Notes: generated from the letters alone by a model not told the origin. A stretch of DNA of 64,000 nt from Vulcanimicrobiota bacterium (GCA_963786105.1 CAWAXX010000023.1:32001-96000), one strand, 5' to 3'; counted from the stretch's first letter, positions 50,862-61,121 are shown. Program-made: numbers and translations.

Positions 50862-52154
50862 TCAGTCCTTTCGAGTGACGATCGCATCGACGCGTGCGAG
50901 ACCGTCGGCGACATCGGTTCCCGGTGCGACGGCCGTCTCCATCGTCCTGCGTGGATCGAGTGAGAAACTTGCCAGCCGATAATCGTCAAACGTTCCCGCG
51001 ATAACGGTGCCATCGGGATCGACGACGAACGCACGCCTCGCACGGTCGTCGAAAACGACGACGTACATGCGCAGCTCCAGCGCGCGGGCACGGGCGATCG
51101 GCTCGATCCAGGCCGGCTCCGCGCCGGCCGTCCAAACGGCTAACGCGTAGCCCGCGCGGCGATAACCTACGAGACCGGCTGGATCCGACATTTCCGTATC
51201 GCCGACGTTGGCGGTCGGAATCGCGCGGTCGAGCGCGGCTAAGCGTGCGTCGTCGAAGGGCGCGAGTGCGTACGCGTCATCGAGCACGGTCAACCGTCCA
51301 TCGATATCGGACGGCAACGGGTCGGCAGAGATGGCGATACGCAGCGGCGCTTGGCTCGAGTTGCGGCGCGCTGCGGGCGAGACGAGCGCGGAGCAGCGAT
51401 GCGAACGCGCGGGGCCAACGTCGACGGCGATCTCGAGCGTTTGCGGCCGGCCTTCGGCGGCGATGGCAAGTATCTGGCCGGCTGCGTTGACTATTTGGCT
51501 CTTGCCGCAATACGCGACCATGCTCAGCTCCGCACCGCATTTGTTCGCGGCCACGAAAACGACGCCGTTTTCGTGCGCTCTGACGCGTCCCAGCAAGTCT
51601 GCCTGTACGTTTTCCAGGGCTTGAGGATCCCTTCCGGTTGTGACCCAAGCGGTGGGCATGACGAGCATCTGCGCGCCTCGGTCGACGAGCGCGCGCGCGA
51701 TGGTCGGAATGCGGCCGTCGGCGCAAATCAAGACGCCGAGTTTTCCGACCGCCGTATCGATGGGTGCGATCCGATCGCCCGGTTCGAACCACTGCCGGTC
51801 GAAGTGCCAGAGAAAAACCTTGTCTGCACGCCCGGCAGTCGAGCCGTCGGCGTCGATCACTACTGCCGAATTATGTAGAAATTCTCCCGAACGCATCGCC
51901 GCGCCGGCCACGATCACCGTGCTGGTTTCGCGCGCCAGCTTGCGGAGCTGCCCGAGCGCTCCGTCGACAGCCGCCTCATCGATTTCGGCGTTGCCAAGTA
52001 CGTAGCTGGGAAACGTTCCTTCGGGAAACACCACCAGATCGGCGGTTTGCGAGGCTCGGCTCGCCGTGGCGACAATCGAGTCGAGCGATCCTTGAAAGTC
52101 GTACCGGTCGTGTGCGCGTAATTGTACTGCAGCTATGCGGATCGAGCGAGCCAT
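50862..52154 (-). CDS. Carbon-nitrogen hydrolase (nitrilase superfamily) with C-terminal extension
   Basis: E-K-C triad: FPEG, DKVFL, ICADG. Confidence 0.85.
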   Translation of the reverse strand: MARSIRIAAVQLRAHDRYDFQGSLDSIVATASRASQTADLVVFPEGTFPSYVLGNAEIDEAAVDGALGQLRKLARETSTVIVAGAAMRSGEFLHNSAVVIDADGSTAGRADKVFLWHFDRQWFEPGDRIAPIDTAVGKLGVLICADGRIPTIARALVDRGAQMLVMPTAWVTTGRDPQALENVQADLLGRVRAHENGVVFVAANKCGAELSMVAYCGKSQIVNAAGQILAIAAEGRPQTLEIAVDVGPARSHRCSALVSPAARRNSSQAPLRIAISADPLPSDIDGRLTVLDDAYALAPFDDARLAALDRAIPTANVGDTEMSDPAGLVGYRRAGYALAVWTAGAEPAWIEPIARARALELRMYVVVFDDRARRAFVVDPDGTVIAGTFDDYRLASFSLDPRRTMETAVAPGTDVADGLARVDAIVTRKD

Positions 52155-52277
52155 TAACGTCACCAGGTTCGCTCCGGCCGCACGAACGCCCCTGCGCATC
52201 GGGAAGGCGGATGCGCGGGCGGCGGGAAACGTTTATAGCTCATGCGCGTTAGTAACTCTAAAGGAGAATTATCGCAC

Positions 52278-53108
52278 GTGAGACGTACGCTATTCGTGTC
52301 GCTGATGGCGCTGACGATTGGAAGCGCGTTCCGCCTACCTACAGCTACGGCCGCCGCGGCGGCCGCAACGGCAGCCGCAACGCCCGCCGCAACGGGTTCG
52401 CCGTCGAAAAAGGATCCTTGCGGCGATATGAAGAGCAAATGGGCTCACTTTCAGTGCCAGCAATACAACGCTTCGGCGCCGGGCGACGAGTATTTCGGCC
52501 GTATGAAGATCAGCTACCTCGGAATCGACAATACGTTCAAAGACGGTTCCATTAGCGCGGGTGCGTACACGACCGACCCGCGCATCATCGCGAAGCTGCA
52601 ATTCGCCGATGAGGCGCTGCAGCGATGGGCGACGAAATATCCGAACGATCCGGAGCTGGCGCGGTCGTATTTCCTCGGCGTGCAAGTTTTCCGTAAGGTT
52701 TACACGCAGCCGGGACAAGAAACGGCCTGGCGGTACATTCAGATCCTCATCAGCAAATATCCAAAGACCTATTTCGGGAAAAACGTCAAAGCTTCGGTGG
52801 CGAACGGGTACACCGAACACTGGTTTGCATTGCCGACGTTATGTCCGACGCCGTTGCCCAAAGGCGTGATGCCTGAGAAGACCCCGAGCGCGACCGCTTC
52901 GCCCTCGCCCGCTCCCGGTCAGCCGGCCATAGACGTGATCACCCCGCCGTGCGTGCAGCCGTCGCCGCTGGAGACGCCTTCGAGCTCACCGTCACCAGCG
53001 TCAAAGGGCCGGTCGACGCCGTCACCGACGTCCCCGCCGATCTCCGCACCCGTTGAGATTCCAACGTTGATTCCGGGACCATCGCCCCGCCCGTCACATC
53101 ATCCGTAA
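52278..53108 (+). CDS. Exported hypothetical protein with Pro/Ser/Thr-rich tail
   Basis: AAGGAG RBS, signal peptide, APGDEYFGRMKISYLGI core. Confidence 0.65.
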   Translation: MRRTLFVSLMALTIGSAFRLPTATAAAAAATAAATPAATGSPSKKDPCGDMKSKWAHFQCQQYNASAPGDEYFGRMKISYLGIDNTFKDGSISAGAYTTDPRIIAKLQFADEALQRWATKYPNDPELARSYFLGVQVFRKVYTQPGQETAWRYIQILISKYPKTYFGKNVKASVANGYTEHWFALPTLCPTPLPKGVMPEKTPSATASPSPAPGQPAIDVITPPCVQPSPLETPSSSPSPASKGRSTPSPTSPPISAPVEIPTLIPGPSPRPSHHP

Positions 53109-53109
53109 C

Positions 53110-53215
53110 GCAGGAAGGTCGGATTTATTCCAGATCGAGAAGTCGAAGGTCGAGGTTTACTGTGGTAAATGAGACCTGAGACGACGATGAGATGGGTTAA
53201 ATCCAGCCTTCCTAC
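53110..53215 (+). repeat. Structured hairpin repeat family A, copy 2
   Basis: Long inverted repeat; same loop motifs as 30581-30680. Confidence 0.8.
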
Positions 53216-53222
53216 TAACGTG

Positions 53223-53257
53223 AAAACCCCCGGTCGGTTTAAGACCGGGGGTTTTTT
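53223..53257. terminator. Bidirectional Rho-independent terminator
   Basis: AAAA-CCCCCGGTC-loop-GACCGGGGG-TTTTTT between convergent genes. Confidence 0.88.
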
Positions 53258-53277
53258 GTATTCGGACTAGACTAAAG

Positions 53278-54564
53278 TTAGAACTTAATGCCGAGACCGA
53301 TATACGGACCGCTCTCTGCGAACGGTGCGGGTGCGCCTTCTTGCGCCCAGCCCTTGTCGCCGAGGAAGCCGCCTTCGATGAAGAGCGGAACTCCCTGGAA
53401 CGAGTAGACTACGCCGAGATCGTACTTCAGGATGTCGTACGACAAGATAAACGGACCGGTCGGGCACACATCCGTGCCGCACGTTCCCTTCACCGACGGA
53501 TAGTAGTACGCGCTCCCGTAGAACGAGAACGGATGGTTGAGGTCGGGCAGCTTCTCAAGGCCGAACCCGACGTTGTTGATTGCCGGATATCCGGCGTTAT
53601 TCGAACGCCACAGGTAGCCCACGCCGATGTAGATGCGCGGTTGCAGAATGCGAAGGCCGAAACGCGCGTCTAGGTCGTAATCGCGCATGGTGAACGACGG
53701 AACGAACGTTTGGAACTGTCCGCCGATCGCCGTGACGTTTCCGCTGGGATGCTGGTAGTTGTACTGACGATAGTCACCTTCGACCATCCACGGCAGATTG
53801 AAGAGGTCGAACTCCACCGCACCGTGGAGACGGTACGAGAAGCCGTTGCAGCTGTTGCATGCCGTAGTGCCGGGGCTGAACTCGTTGTAGACCTTCGGCG
53901 AGATGATGTAGTCACCCGCGACGTAGATGTCGTGATACGGGGTCGGCATCGGCGTTGGAGTCGGAGTCGGCGGCGGCGGCGGCGGCGGCGGAGCCGGCGG
54001 CGGCGGCGTCGCGGGATTGTAGCGCACGACGACGAGTTGGCGGTCGGCCACCCACAGCACGTACGCTCCCATGCCTTCCGAAATTACGCGGATCGGCACG
54101 AGCACGTTGCCTTGATAGATGATTGGCGGCACGTCCAGCGGACGCGATTCGCCATTGATGATAACTTCCGGTTTACCGACGGTCACTTTGACCTCGGCTC
54201 CGGCTTTACCGACCGTCACGGTCTTGCTGCTCGCGTCGTACGACACGGTAGCGCCCATCTGCTCGAACATCGAGCGGAGCGGAATCAGGAGCGTGCCGCC
54301 GCGAACGAGCGCGGCGAGAACGCGGGCCTGCTTCAGAACATCGGGCTTGGTATAGACGTGGTGGTCATTGTAGAGAATCGGGATCTGACCCGACGGCGGG
54401 GATCCGAAATTCGCCGGCGGAGCAGCCATGGCCGGGCCCTGATCCTGCGCGATCGCGTTGGTTCCAATGTTGCCATGCGACGCTTGGGTTTGGGCCGCGA
54501 CCGCGTTGAGCCCAAGGCCGGCTGCCATCAGCAGGGCCAGAGCTCCGGTGCTCAGTCGCTTCAA
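53278..54564 (-). CDS. Copper amine oxidase N-terminal domain protein with Pro linker and probable outer-membrane beta-barrel
   Basis: LIPLRSMFEQMGATVSYD, VPIRVISEGMG; poly-Pro linker; C-terminal YIGLGIKF. Confidence 0.8.
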   Translation of the reverse strand: MKRLSTGALALLMAAGLGLNAVAAQTQASHGNIGTNAIAQDQGPAMAAPPANFGSPPSGQIPILYNDHHVYTKPDVLKQARVLAALVRGGTLLIPLRSMFEQMGATVSYDASSKTVTVGKAGAEVKVTVGKPEVIINGESRPLDVPPIIYQGNVLVPIRVISEGMGAYVLWVADRQLVVVRYNPATPPPPAPPPPPPPPTPTPTPMPTPYHDIYVAGDYIISPKVYNEFSPGTTACNSCNGFSYRLHGAVEFDLFNLPWMVEGDYRQYNYQHPSGNVTAIGGQFQTFVPSFTMRDYDLDARFGLRILQPRIYIGVGYLWRSNNAGYPAINNVGFGLEKLPDLNHPFSFYGSAYYYPSVKGTCGTDVCPTGPFILSYDILKYDLGVVYSFQGVPLFIEGGFLGDKGWAQEGAPAPFAESGPYIGLGIKF

Positions 54565-54735
54565 TGTGTCCTCCTAGCTAGCTAGTTAATGAGACCTTAG
54601 CTGTGCCCCGGCGTGCTTCCAAAGGCTCCTGGCCGGGGGCAGTCCTGCCTCCTCTTTTCGGGAACAACCGTTTGCCCCCCCTGCAGCACGAGCCGGGGGA
54701 GGCGGGAGAGGGGGGCGGTCCCCCCTACCCTATCG

Positions 54736-55131
54736 TTATGTAAGCTTTTCTTCAAGCTTTGCGAGGAACTTGGCGCGGCCGATGATGTAGCGTTCGTGCG
54801 TCCCCTCGGCCACTGCTTCGCGCTCGTCGAACACTTGCACGGCAAAACTGACGCGCGGCCCGTCGATCATCACGACCTCTACCTCGGTGCGCACGATGAA
54901 TCCGACGGGGACCGGCTTGTGGTGCTCCAGGTCGATGTGCGTTCCTAGGGTAATCTGGTCGCCATCCAAAGCCGGATCGATACAATGGATGGCGGCGTTC
55001 TCCACTAGCTGGACCAATACCGAAGTGGATAGGACATCGACGCCCCTATTACCGGCCTTTTCGGCAGTCATCCATTCTTCGACGCGATTCTGGAGGCTGT
55101 AAGAGCGGCCGATGTCGAGTTTCGCGCTCAT
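54736..55131 (-). CDS. Fluoroacetyl-CoA thioesterase (FlK)-like hotdog protein
   Basis: VLST...ENAA, GTHIDLEH, GTHER. Confidence 0.85.
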   Translation of the reverse strand: MSAKLDIGRSYSLQNRVEEWMTAEKAGNRGVDVLSTSVLVQLVENAAIHCIDPALDGDQITLGTHIDLEHHKPVPVGFIVRTEVEVVMIDGPRVSFAVQVFDEREAVAEGTHERYIIGRAKFLAKLEEKLT

Positions 55132-55302
55132 GCCCCGAGAAAGTACGCCCTGCAGACGACGACCTCATTCCTGGGTTGTGTGAGTGTCGGCAGAACGACA
55201 GGCTCCCTAGGGGAAAGCCAAGGTTTCGACCGCTACGCTATGAATCAAATGCCAGCCGACGGCGTATATCTCGGTGTAGCGCTCAACTAAAGTAGGAGAA
55301 AC

Positions 55303-56562
55303 ATGCAGTATCAACGGCTGGCGATCGCCGTGCTCGCGGCGTCGCTCGCGCTCGACGCCTGCGGAGGGAAGGGTGGGCCAAAAGGCCCGGCGCCGCTGAG
55401 CGTGGACGTAGGGTCCGCCACGCGCCAAAACATCGCGACGTACCTGACGCTCGACGGGCAAATCGCGCCGAAGGAACAGTCGACGCTTGCCTTTCAGCAG
55501 AGCGGTACGGTCATAAAAGTCGGCGTGAATATCGGCGACGTGGCGCGCAAAGGCGCATTACTCGCACAGATCGACCCGTCGACGCTGTCGGCGCAGCTTT
55601 CTCAGGCGCAGGCGCAGGCCTCCCAGCAATCCGCTTCGGCGCAAGGTGCGGTCGTCGGCCTGCCCGTCCAAGTTCAATCGAACAATGCGGCCGTGCAAAC
55701 GGCCAAGGCCGCGCTCGACAATGCGAAGCTCGTGTACGAGCAAAACAAGCAGCTTTTCAAACAGGGGTACGTTTCGCAGACGGCGTTGCAGCAATCGCAA
55801 GCGTCGTACGTGCAGGCGCAATCGACCTATTCGAACTCGGTGGTCGCCCTGCGCAACAACGTCGTCAGTGCGGAGAACGTCAAGGCTCAACTCGCGGGAG
55901 CGCAGGCCGCGGCGGCACAGGCGCACGTCTTGTCAACCCAGCTCTCGCAAACGGAACTGTACGCGCCGTTCGACGGCGTTATTTCGAATCGTCTGCTCGA
56001 TCCGGGAGCCTACGCTAGCCCGCAACAGCCGGTTCTGACGATTTCGCGGATCGACATCGTATGGATCAATATCAACGTTCCAGACGAGGATCTCGCCTAC
56101 GTCCGGCCCGGCACGTTCGTCAAGTTCCGCACTTCATCGCTGGCGAACCGCGAGTTCGACGGGCGGATCCAAACCGTCAACGCCGTACCCACGTCCGGAA
56201 CGCTTTCGTATCTCGCCCGCTTGCAAATGGTCAATCCGGGAGACATCTTACGGGGCGGCATGCTGATCAGCGCGACGTTGCCCAAACAGCAGGCGAATAA
56301 CGCCATCGTCGTGCCGCGCAGCGCCGTGGCCCAGACGGAGAGCGGCGCGATCGTGTACGTCGTCAACGGCGACAAAGCCGAGGCCGTGCCGGTGAAGCTC
56401 GGCGTGGAAACCGATACGCTCGCGCAAGTGACCAGTCCGAAAGTGCAGCCCGGAACGAAGGTCGTCACCACGCGGCCCGATGCGCTCAAAGACGGCAGCG
56501 TCGTCGCCGTGAACGGCACGCCCGCGCCGAGTCCGAGCGCCGCCGGAAGTGCGTCGCACTGA
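55303..56562 (+). CDS. Efflux periplasmic adaptor (membrane fusion protein), lipoprotein
   Basis: LDAC lipobox, lipoyl halves, coiled hairpin, APFDGVI, VPRSAV. Confidence 0.9.
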   Translation: MQYQRLAIAVLAASLALDACGGKGGPKGPAPLSVDVGSATRQNIATYLTLDGQIAPKEQSTLAFQQSGTVIKVGVNIGDVARKGALLAQIDPSTLSAQLSQAQAQASQQSASAQGAVVGLPVQVQSNNAAVQTAKAALDNAKLVYEQNKQLFKQGYVSQTALQQSQASYVQAQSTYSNSVVALRNNVVSAENVKAQLAGAQAAAAQAHVLSTQLSQTELYAPFDGVISNRLLDPGAYASPQQPVLTISRIDIVWININVPDEDLAYVRPGTFVKFRTSSLANREFDGRIQTVNAVPTSGTLSYLARLQMVNPGDILRGGMLISATLPKQQANNAIVVPRSAVAQTESGAIVYVVNGDKAEAVPVKLGVETDTLAQVTSPKVQPGTKVVTTRPDALKDGSVVAVNGTPAPSPSAAGSASH

Positions 56563-58037
56563 TGAAATCGACGTTCGGCCGGTTTTTCACCGCGGCGATA
56601 GCGCTGAGCCTCTTTACGCCCACCGCGGGATTCGCGCAAGGGACGCCTGGTTCGCAGATCATCATGCCGACACCCCAACCGATGCCTACGGCGGGCGGCA
56701 CGCCGCTGCCGTATCCGGCGTACGGGACGCCGGCACCCGACGTCGCGCACATGAAGCAGAAAAAGGGAGTTCCGACTAGCGTCTCGTTACAGCAAGCGAC
56801 GAAAATTGGGGTCGCTCTTTCTCCGGTCTTTGCCTCGCAAAATGCCCAGTGGGCGGCGATTCATGCGAAGTACAGCGCCGAGAAACAAGCCCTCTATCCC
56901 GCCGTTAGCGGCAATGCAACCATCGGTAAGGCCTATCAAAACGGCAACGTCCAGCTCAGTACCGCGTTTCCGAGCGCGACGCCGGGTTCCGGCATCGCCG
57001 CCAACAGCACGACCTCTTCCGAGACGGCGTCGATTACTATTCAACAACTGATCTTCGACGGCGGCCGCACCATCGCCGCAATTCATTCCGCCAAGTCCGC
57101 CGATTATGCCGGCCGCGGCACGCTGCTGCGCAACCTTGAAACGCTCGCACTCAACGTTGCAAACGCCTACTACGCCGTGCTCCAGGACAACGCCACGGTC
57201 GTTGCCGACGCCCAACTCGTCAAAGAGTTCGAAGTCAACGAGCACTCGGTCGTCGCGCAGATCCGCAACGGCGCTGCGGCCCGCTCGGACCTCGCGGGCG
57301 CCCAGTTTCAAACCGCGCAAGCGCGCGGCAACCTGGTCACCGCCCAAGGACAGGCGATTGCCGCGCAGGCGACGTTCGCCACGACGATAGGTCTCGACGC
57401 GGATGCCGAAGTGGTACCGAAGCCGCTCGAAGCGCAAGCGCCGGCTCCCAATCCGGCCTACGAAGTGTCCCTCACGCGCGCGTTCGCATTGCGACCCGAC
57501 TACATCGCCGCCCAGTACACGGTCGAGTCCGATAAGGAAGGTTTGCGCTACGCGAAACTTGCGCGATTTCCAATCTTGAGCGCCGGCGTTACCGACGAAG
57601 TGAGTCGCAACTTTGCGTTGTTCACGAACAACTTCTTGAACAGCAAGACGATCGGACTGAACCTGGCGATTCCGATCTACGACCAAGGCCAGACGAACTA
57701 CAACGTGGCCGTAGCGGCGGCCACGCTCGATCAAGCCGTCGCAGCTCTCGATCAAAGCAGACTCCAGGTCGAGTCCGACGTCCGCTCCTCACTTGCCAAT
57801 CTGATTTCCGCCCGCTCGCTGCTGGTGCAGACCAACGCCGAGTTAACCGCCGCGAAGGTGTCGCTCGACGCAACTCAAGCGCAGTACAAAGTCGGCGCGA
57901 CGACGATCATCAACGTGGTCACCGCCGAGGCGAACCTCTCCACCGCGCAATCCGATCAGATCCACGCGCTTTACGGCGTCCAAAACGCGCAGCAAAACTA
58001 TTTGTACGCCACCGGCGTGAGCGACTTGCAGCTCTAA
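56562..58037 (+). CDS. TolC-family outer membrane protein
   Basis: QLIFDGG, VANAYY, IPIYDQG; two OEP repeats. Confidence 0.9.
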   Translation: MKSTFGRFFTAAIALSLFTPTAGFAQGTPGSQIIMPTPQPMPTAGGTPLPYPAYGTPAPDVAHMKQKKGVPTSVSLQQATKIGVALSPVFASQNAQWAAIHAKYSAEKQALYPAVSGNATIGKAYQNGNVQLSTAFPSATPGSGIAANSTTSSETASITIQQLIFDGGRTIAAIHSAKSADYAGRGTLLRNLETLALNVANAYYAVLQDNATVVADAQLVKEFEVNEHSVVAQIRNGAAARSDLAGAQFQTAQARGNLVTAQGQAIAAQATFATTIGLDADAEVVPKPLEAQAPAPNPAYEVSLTRAFALRPDYIAAQYTVESDKEGLRYAKLARFPILSAGVTDEVSRNFALFTNNFLNSKTIGLNLAIPIYDQGQTNYNVAVAAATLDQAVAALDQSRLQVESDVRSSLANLISARSLLVQTNAELTAAKVSLDATQAQYKVGATTIINVVTAEANLSTAQSDQIHALYGVQNAQQNYLYATGVSDLQL

Positions 58038-58065
58038 CGATGACGCAGGCGGATGGGCCTGGGTG

Positions 58066-58178
58066 TTTAAAAGGCGCTCCGCCCCAGGCTCCGCGCCCCC
58101 CACTTCGTGGGGCCCCCGACCATGGGGCACTTAAACAACTCGCCTTTGCAACATGCCCCTAGGGCGCCCCAAACAAAC
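58066..58178. repeat. Intergenic repeat family C, copy 2
   Basis: Colinear similarity to 33361-33482. Confidence 0.75.
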
Positions 58179-58256
58179 TTTTGCGCCGTCGTTCGACTCG
58201 CACAGGGACTTCGGCTTACAGGGTGCGTCAGCAACGAAGATAAAGCAGAGCCATTG

Positions 58257-59423
58257 ATGGCTTCTAGCGCTTCGGCCGTGCCGGCGGCGGTTTCCGACCC
58301 GATCAACTCGGCGATTTTGGCCGTGTCGGAAGATCGCCTTAGCGGGTTTCAACCCGACCCGTTCGGCGAGATCGCCGCGCGTTCGGGAATCGGGGTGGAC
58401 GTCGTTCTGGAACGCGTCGTTGCGATGCTGCGCGCCGGGACGATCCGGCGCGTGCGGCAAACGGTCATGTCGACGAACCTGGCGCGCGGAGCGCTCGTTG
58501 CGTGGCAAGTGAGCGAAGACCGGCTCGACGCAGCGTTCGATTTCATGTTCGGCACGGATCCGTTCTCAGGTCACGTCGTCGTTCGTTCGACCGATGCGAC
58601 GTCGCCCGGCAGCACCTACCGGTTGTGGACGACGCTGAAGGTTCCCCAAGGATTTTCGTTACGCAAACATGCCGAACTCTTGTGCCGCGAGGTCGGTGCG
58701 GAACGCTTCAGACTGATGCCGGCGAAGATGCTCTTTACGCTTGGGGTCGGCCACGTACGGCGGCGCGGTCTCGAACCCGGCGCGCGTTCGCCCCAACGCG
58801 GCGAGCCGCAGCATACCGAGTTCGTCGAGTTGACGGACCTCGAGTGGCGAGTTCTGGTGGCGCTCAAACGCGAGTTTGCGCCCGGCGAACTGGTTCGCGA
58901 CGTATGGCGAGCGCGGGCCGGTGAGGCGGGAGTCGACTTCGCGACGTTCGCCGGCGTTGCGAGGCAACTCAACCAGCGTGGCGTGATCGGCCGCTTCTCG
59001 ACGTTTCTGGAGCACGTCAAGGCGACCGCAAACGACGAACGGGTTACGCGATATAACGCGCTGTTTCATTGGGCCGTACCGCCGGGTTGCGAGATGGATG
59101 CCGGCTGCGAAGTGGCCAGACACTACGTGATCACGCACGCGTACTGGCGTGAAGGCGGCCCGGAGTTCCACGACGTCAACGTCATGGCGGTCGCACACGG
59201 CACTGAGAAAACCGCGGTACTGGCGCACAAAGCGGCGATCGACGAACACCTGCGCGAGGCCGGCATCGGCTTTGGTTACACGAACGTCTTTTGGGGCGGA
59301 CGCAGCGAGATCAAACCGTCGGAGATTGCGCCGAGCGCCTATCGCGAGTTTTGCCGCAGCCGCGGTATCGATCCCGAAACCATGCTCGTCGAAAGCGGCG
59401 AGGAAGGAGCTTTGTCTGAGTAA
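58257..59423 (+). CDS. AhbAB/NirDL-like (Lrp/AsnC-fold siroheme decarboxylase-like) two-module fusion
   Basis: Two HTH+AsnC-like modules: GTIRRV..ALVAWQV..GHVVVR and GVIGRF..NALFHW..THAYWR..AVAHG. Confidence 0.7.
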   Translation: MASSASAVPAAVSDPINSAILAVSEDRLSGFQPDPFGEIAARSGIGVDVVLERVVAMLRAGTIRRVRQTVMSTNLARGALVAWQVSEDRLDAAFDFMFGTDPFSGHVVVRSTDATSPGSTYRLWTTLKVPQGFSLRKHAELLCREVGAERFRLMPAKMLFTLGVGHVRRRGLEPGARSPQRGEPQHTEFVELTDLEWRVLVALKREFAPGELVRDVWRARAGEAGVDFATFAGVARQLNQRGVIGRFSTFLEHVKATANDERVTRYNALFHWAVPPGCEMDAGCEVARHYVITHAYWREGGPEFHDVNVMAVAHGTEKTAVLAHKAAIDEHLREAGIGFGYTNVFWGGRSEIKPSEIAPSAYREFCRSRGIDPETMLVESGEEGALSE

Positions 59424-61089
59424 GCGTGTAGCGGCCGGATTGCTCGCTGCGGCCGGGTTGGCGTTGATGCTCGCGGGCTGCAGTAAATCCGGTAACGAAA
59501 ATGGCGGCAGCGGCGGCCGGCATCCCTGGACGCAGCCCGGCGTCTTTCGTTTTTCGGAGGCGGCCGATCCAAAAAACCTCAATCCAGCGCTCAACTCGGC
59601 CACGCCGACGCTCGACCTCGCCATGTTCATCTATTCGTGGTCGATTCGCTACGACAGCAAGGCTCGTCCGTTCCCGGACGCGTTGATCGAAGTTCCGACG
59701 CTGGCCAACGGCGACGTGAGCAAGGACGGACTGCTCCTCAAATACAAGCTGCGGCACAACATCAAGTGGCAAGACGGCGTGCCGTTGACGTGCCGGGATC
59801 TCAAGTTTACGTGGCAAGTCGTGATGAATACGAAAAACAATGTGATCACGACCGACGGTTACAAGGATATCGGCAGTATCGACTGCAGCAATCCCTACGT
59901 CGCCGTCATCCACATGAAGCGTCTCTACGCACCCTTCTTGCAGCAACTCTGGAGCGTAAACGGCAACTCGCCGATTTTGCCGGAGCATCTGCTGGCGAAG
60001 TACAACGACGACAAAGGATCGTTCAACAGCGCTTCGTACAATGCGCTCCCCATCGGAAGCGGCCCGTTCAAGGTCGTGTCGTGGCAGCGGGGCCAGGAAG
60101 TGCGGATGGAGGCGAATCCCGACTTCTACCTCGGCAAGCCGAAGCTTACCACGGTGATCTATAGGATCATCTCCGACGAGAACACCGAGGAGGCGGAGCT
60201 ACAATCCCACGAGTTGGACATGCTGGCCCTGGGAACTGGGCTCAAGTGGCCGGAGTACGCCGCGATGGCCGCCGATCCGAAGAACGGTCTGATCGCGACG
60301 CGCGTCGACTCGTATCAATGGTCGCACGTCGACTTCAACCTCACCCACCCAATCGTGGGCGACGTTAACGTCCGCAGGGCGCTGGCCTATGCGACCAACC
60401 GTCAAGAAATTATCGACAAGATATCGCATGGTTCGGCGATCGCCGCGGAGACCGATCAAAGCCCCAAGCTGTCGTGGGCCTACACCAACGACATCGTTCA
60501 CTATCCGTACGATCCGGAAAAGGCCAAAGCGCTTCTGGACGCCGACGGTTGGAAAGCCGGTCCCGACGGCGTCCGGGTGAAGAACGGCCAACGCCTAGAG
60601 TTTACGTTGAGTACGCAAACCGAGTCGAACAACGGGAAGGCCCAGCAAACGCTTCTACAGCGTGAATGGCGGGACGTGGGCGTGCAAGCCGACATCAAGA
60701 ACTACCCGACCAGCCAATTTTTCGACAACTCGACGAACGGCATTCTGCAGGGCGGTCATTACGACGCTGCCGGGTTCAGCTGGATTGGCGCCGCCGATCC
60801 CGACGACAACGCCATCTATTCCGGCGACAACCTGGCGCCGCACGGCCAGAACGCGATGATGTGGAATAACCCCAAAGCGACGGCAGCCATGGCGGATGCA
60901 CTGAAAACGATCGATCAGGCGCGACGCAAGCGCGACTACGCAATCGTCCAGCAGCAGCTAGCGCTCGACGTCCCGACGATCATCATTTCGTTTACGCGAG
61001 TGCCGTATGTGTACAACTCGGACCTCAAAGGATTCGATCCGTCTCCGGTGATATCGGCATTTTGGGATCCTTGGAATTACTCGATCTAA
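59416..61089 (+). CDS. Peptide ABC substrate-binding lipoprotein (start uncertain)
   Basis: LAGC lipobox, KWQDGVP, PIGSGPF, VRRALAYA. Confidence 0.9.
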   Translation: MSKRVAAGLLAAAGLALMLAGCSKSGNENGGSGGRHPWTQPGVFRFSEAADPKNLNPALNSATPTLDLAMFIYSWSIRYDSKARPFPDALIEVPTLANGDVSKDGLLLKYKLRHNIKWQDGVPLTCRDLKFTWQVVMNTKNNVITTDGYKDIGSIDCSNPYVAVIHMKRLYAPFLQQLWSVNGNSPILPEHLLAKYNDDKGSFNSASYNALPIGSGPFKVVSWQRGQEVRMEANPDFYLGKPKLTTVIYRIISDENTEEAELQSHELDMLALGTGLKWPEYAAMAADPKNGLIATRVDSYQWSHVDFNLTHPIVGDVNVRRALAYATNRQEIIDKISHGSAIAAETDQSPKLSWAYTNDIVHYPYDPEKAKALLDADGWKAGPDGVRVKNGQRLEFTLSTQTESNNGKAQQTLLQREWRDVGVQADIKNYPTSQFFDNSTNGILQGGHYDAAGFSWIGAADPDDNAIYSGDNLAPHGQNAMMWNNPKATAAMADALKTIDQARRKRDYAIVQQQLALDVPTIIISFTRVPYVYNSDLKGFDPSPVISAFWDPWNYSI

Positions 61090-61121
61090 CCTCGGGTGTC
61101 GCCTGACGAAGGAGTTTCTCG

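Noticed and set aside
53940..54010. GGC microsatellite-like run
   Set aside because: Encodes the poly-proline linker of 53278-54564.
54600..54735. G/C-run-rich intergenic segment resembling a structured RNA
   Set aside because: No second copy and no convincing stem or known motif; probably promoter or UTR sequence.
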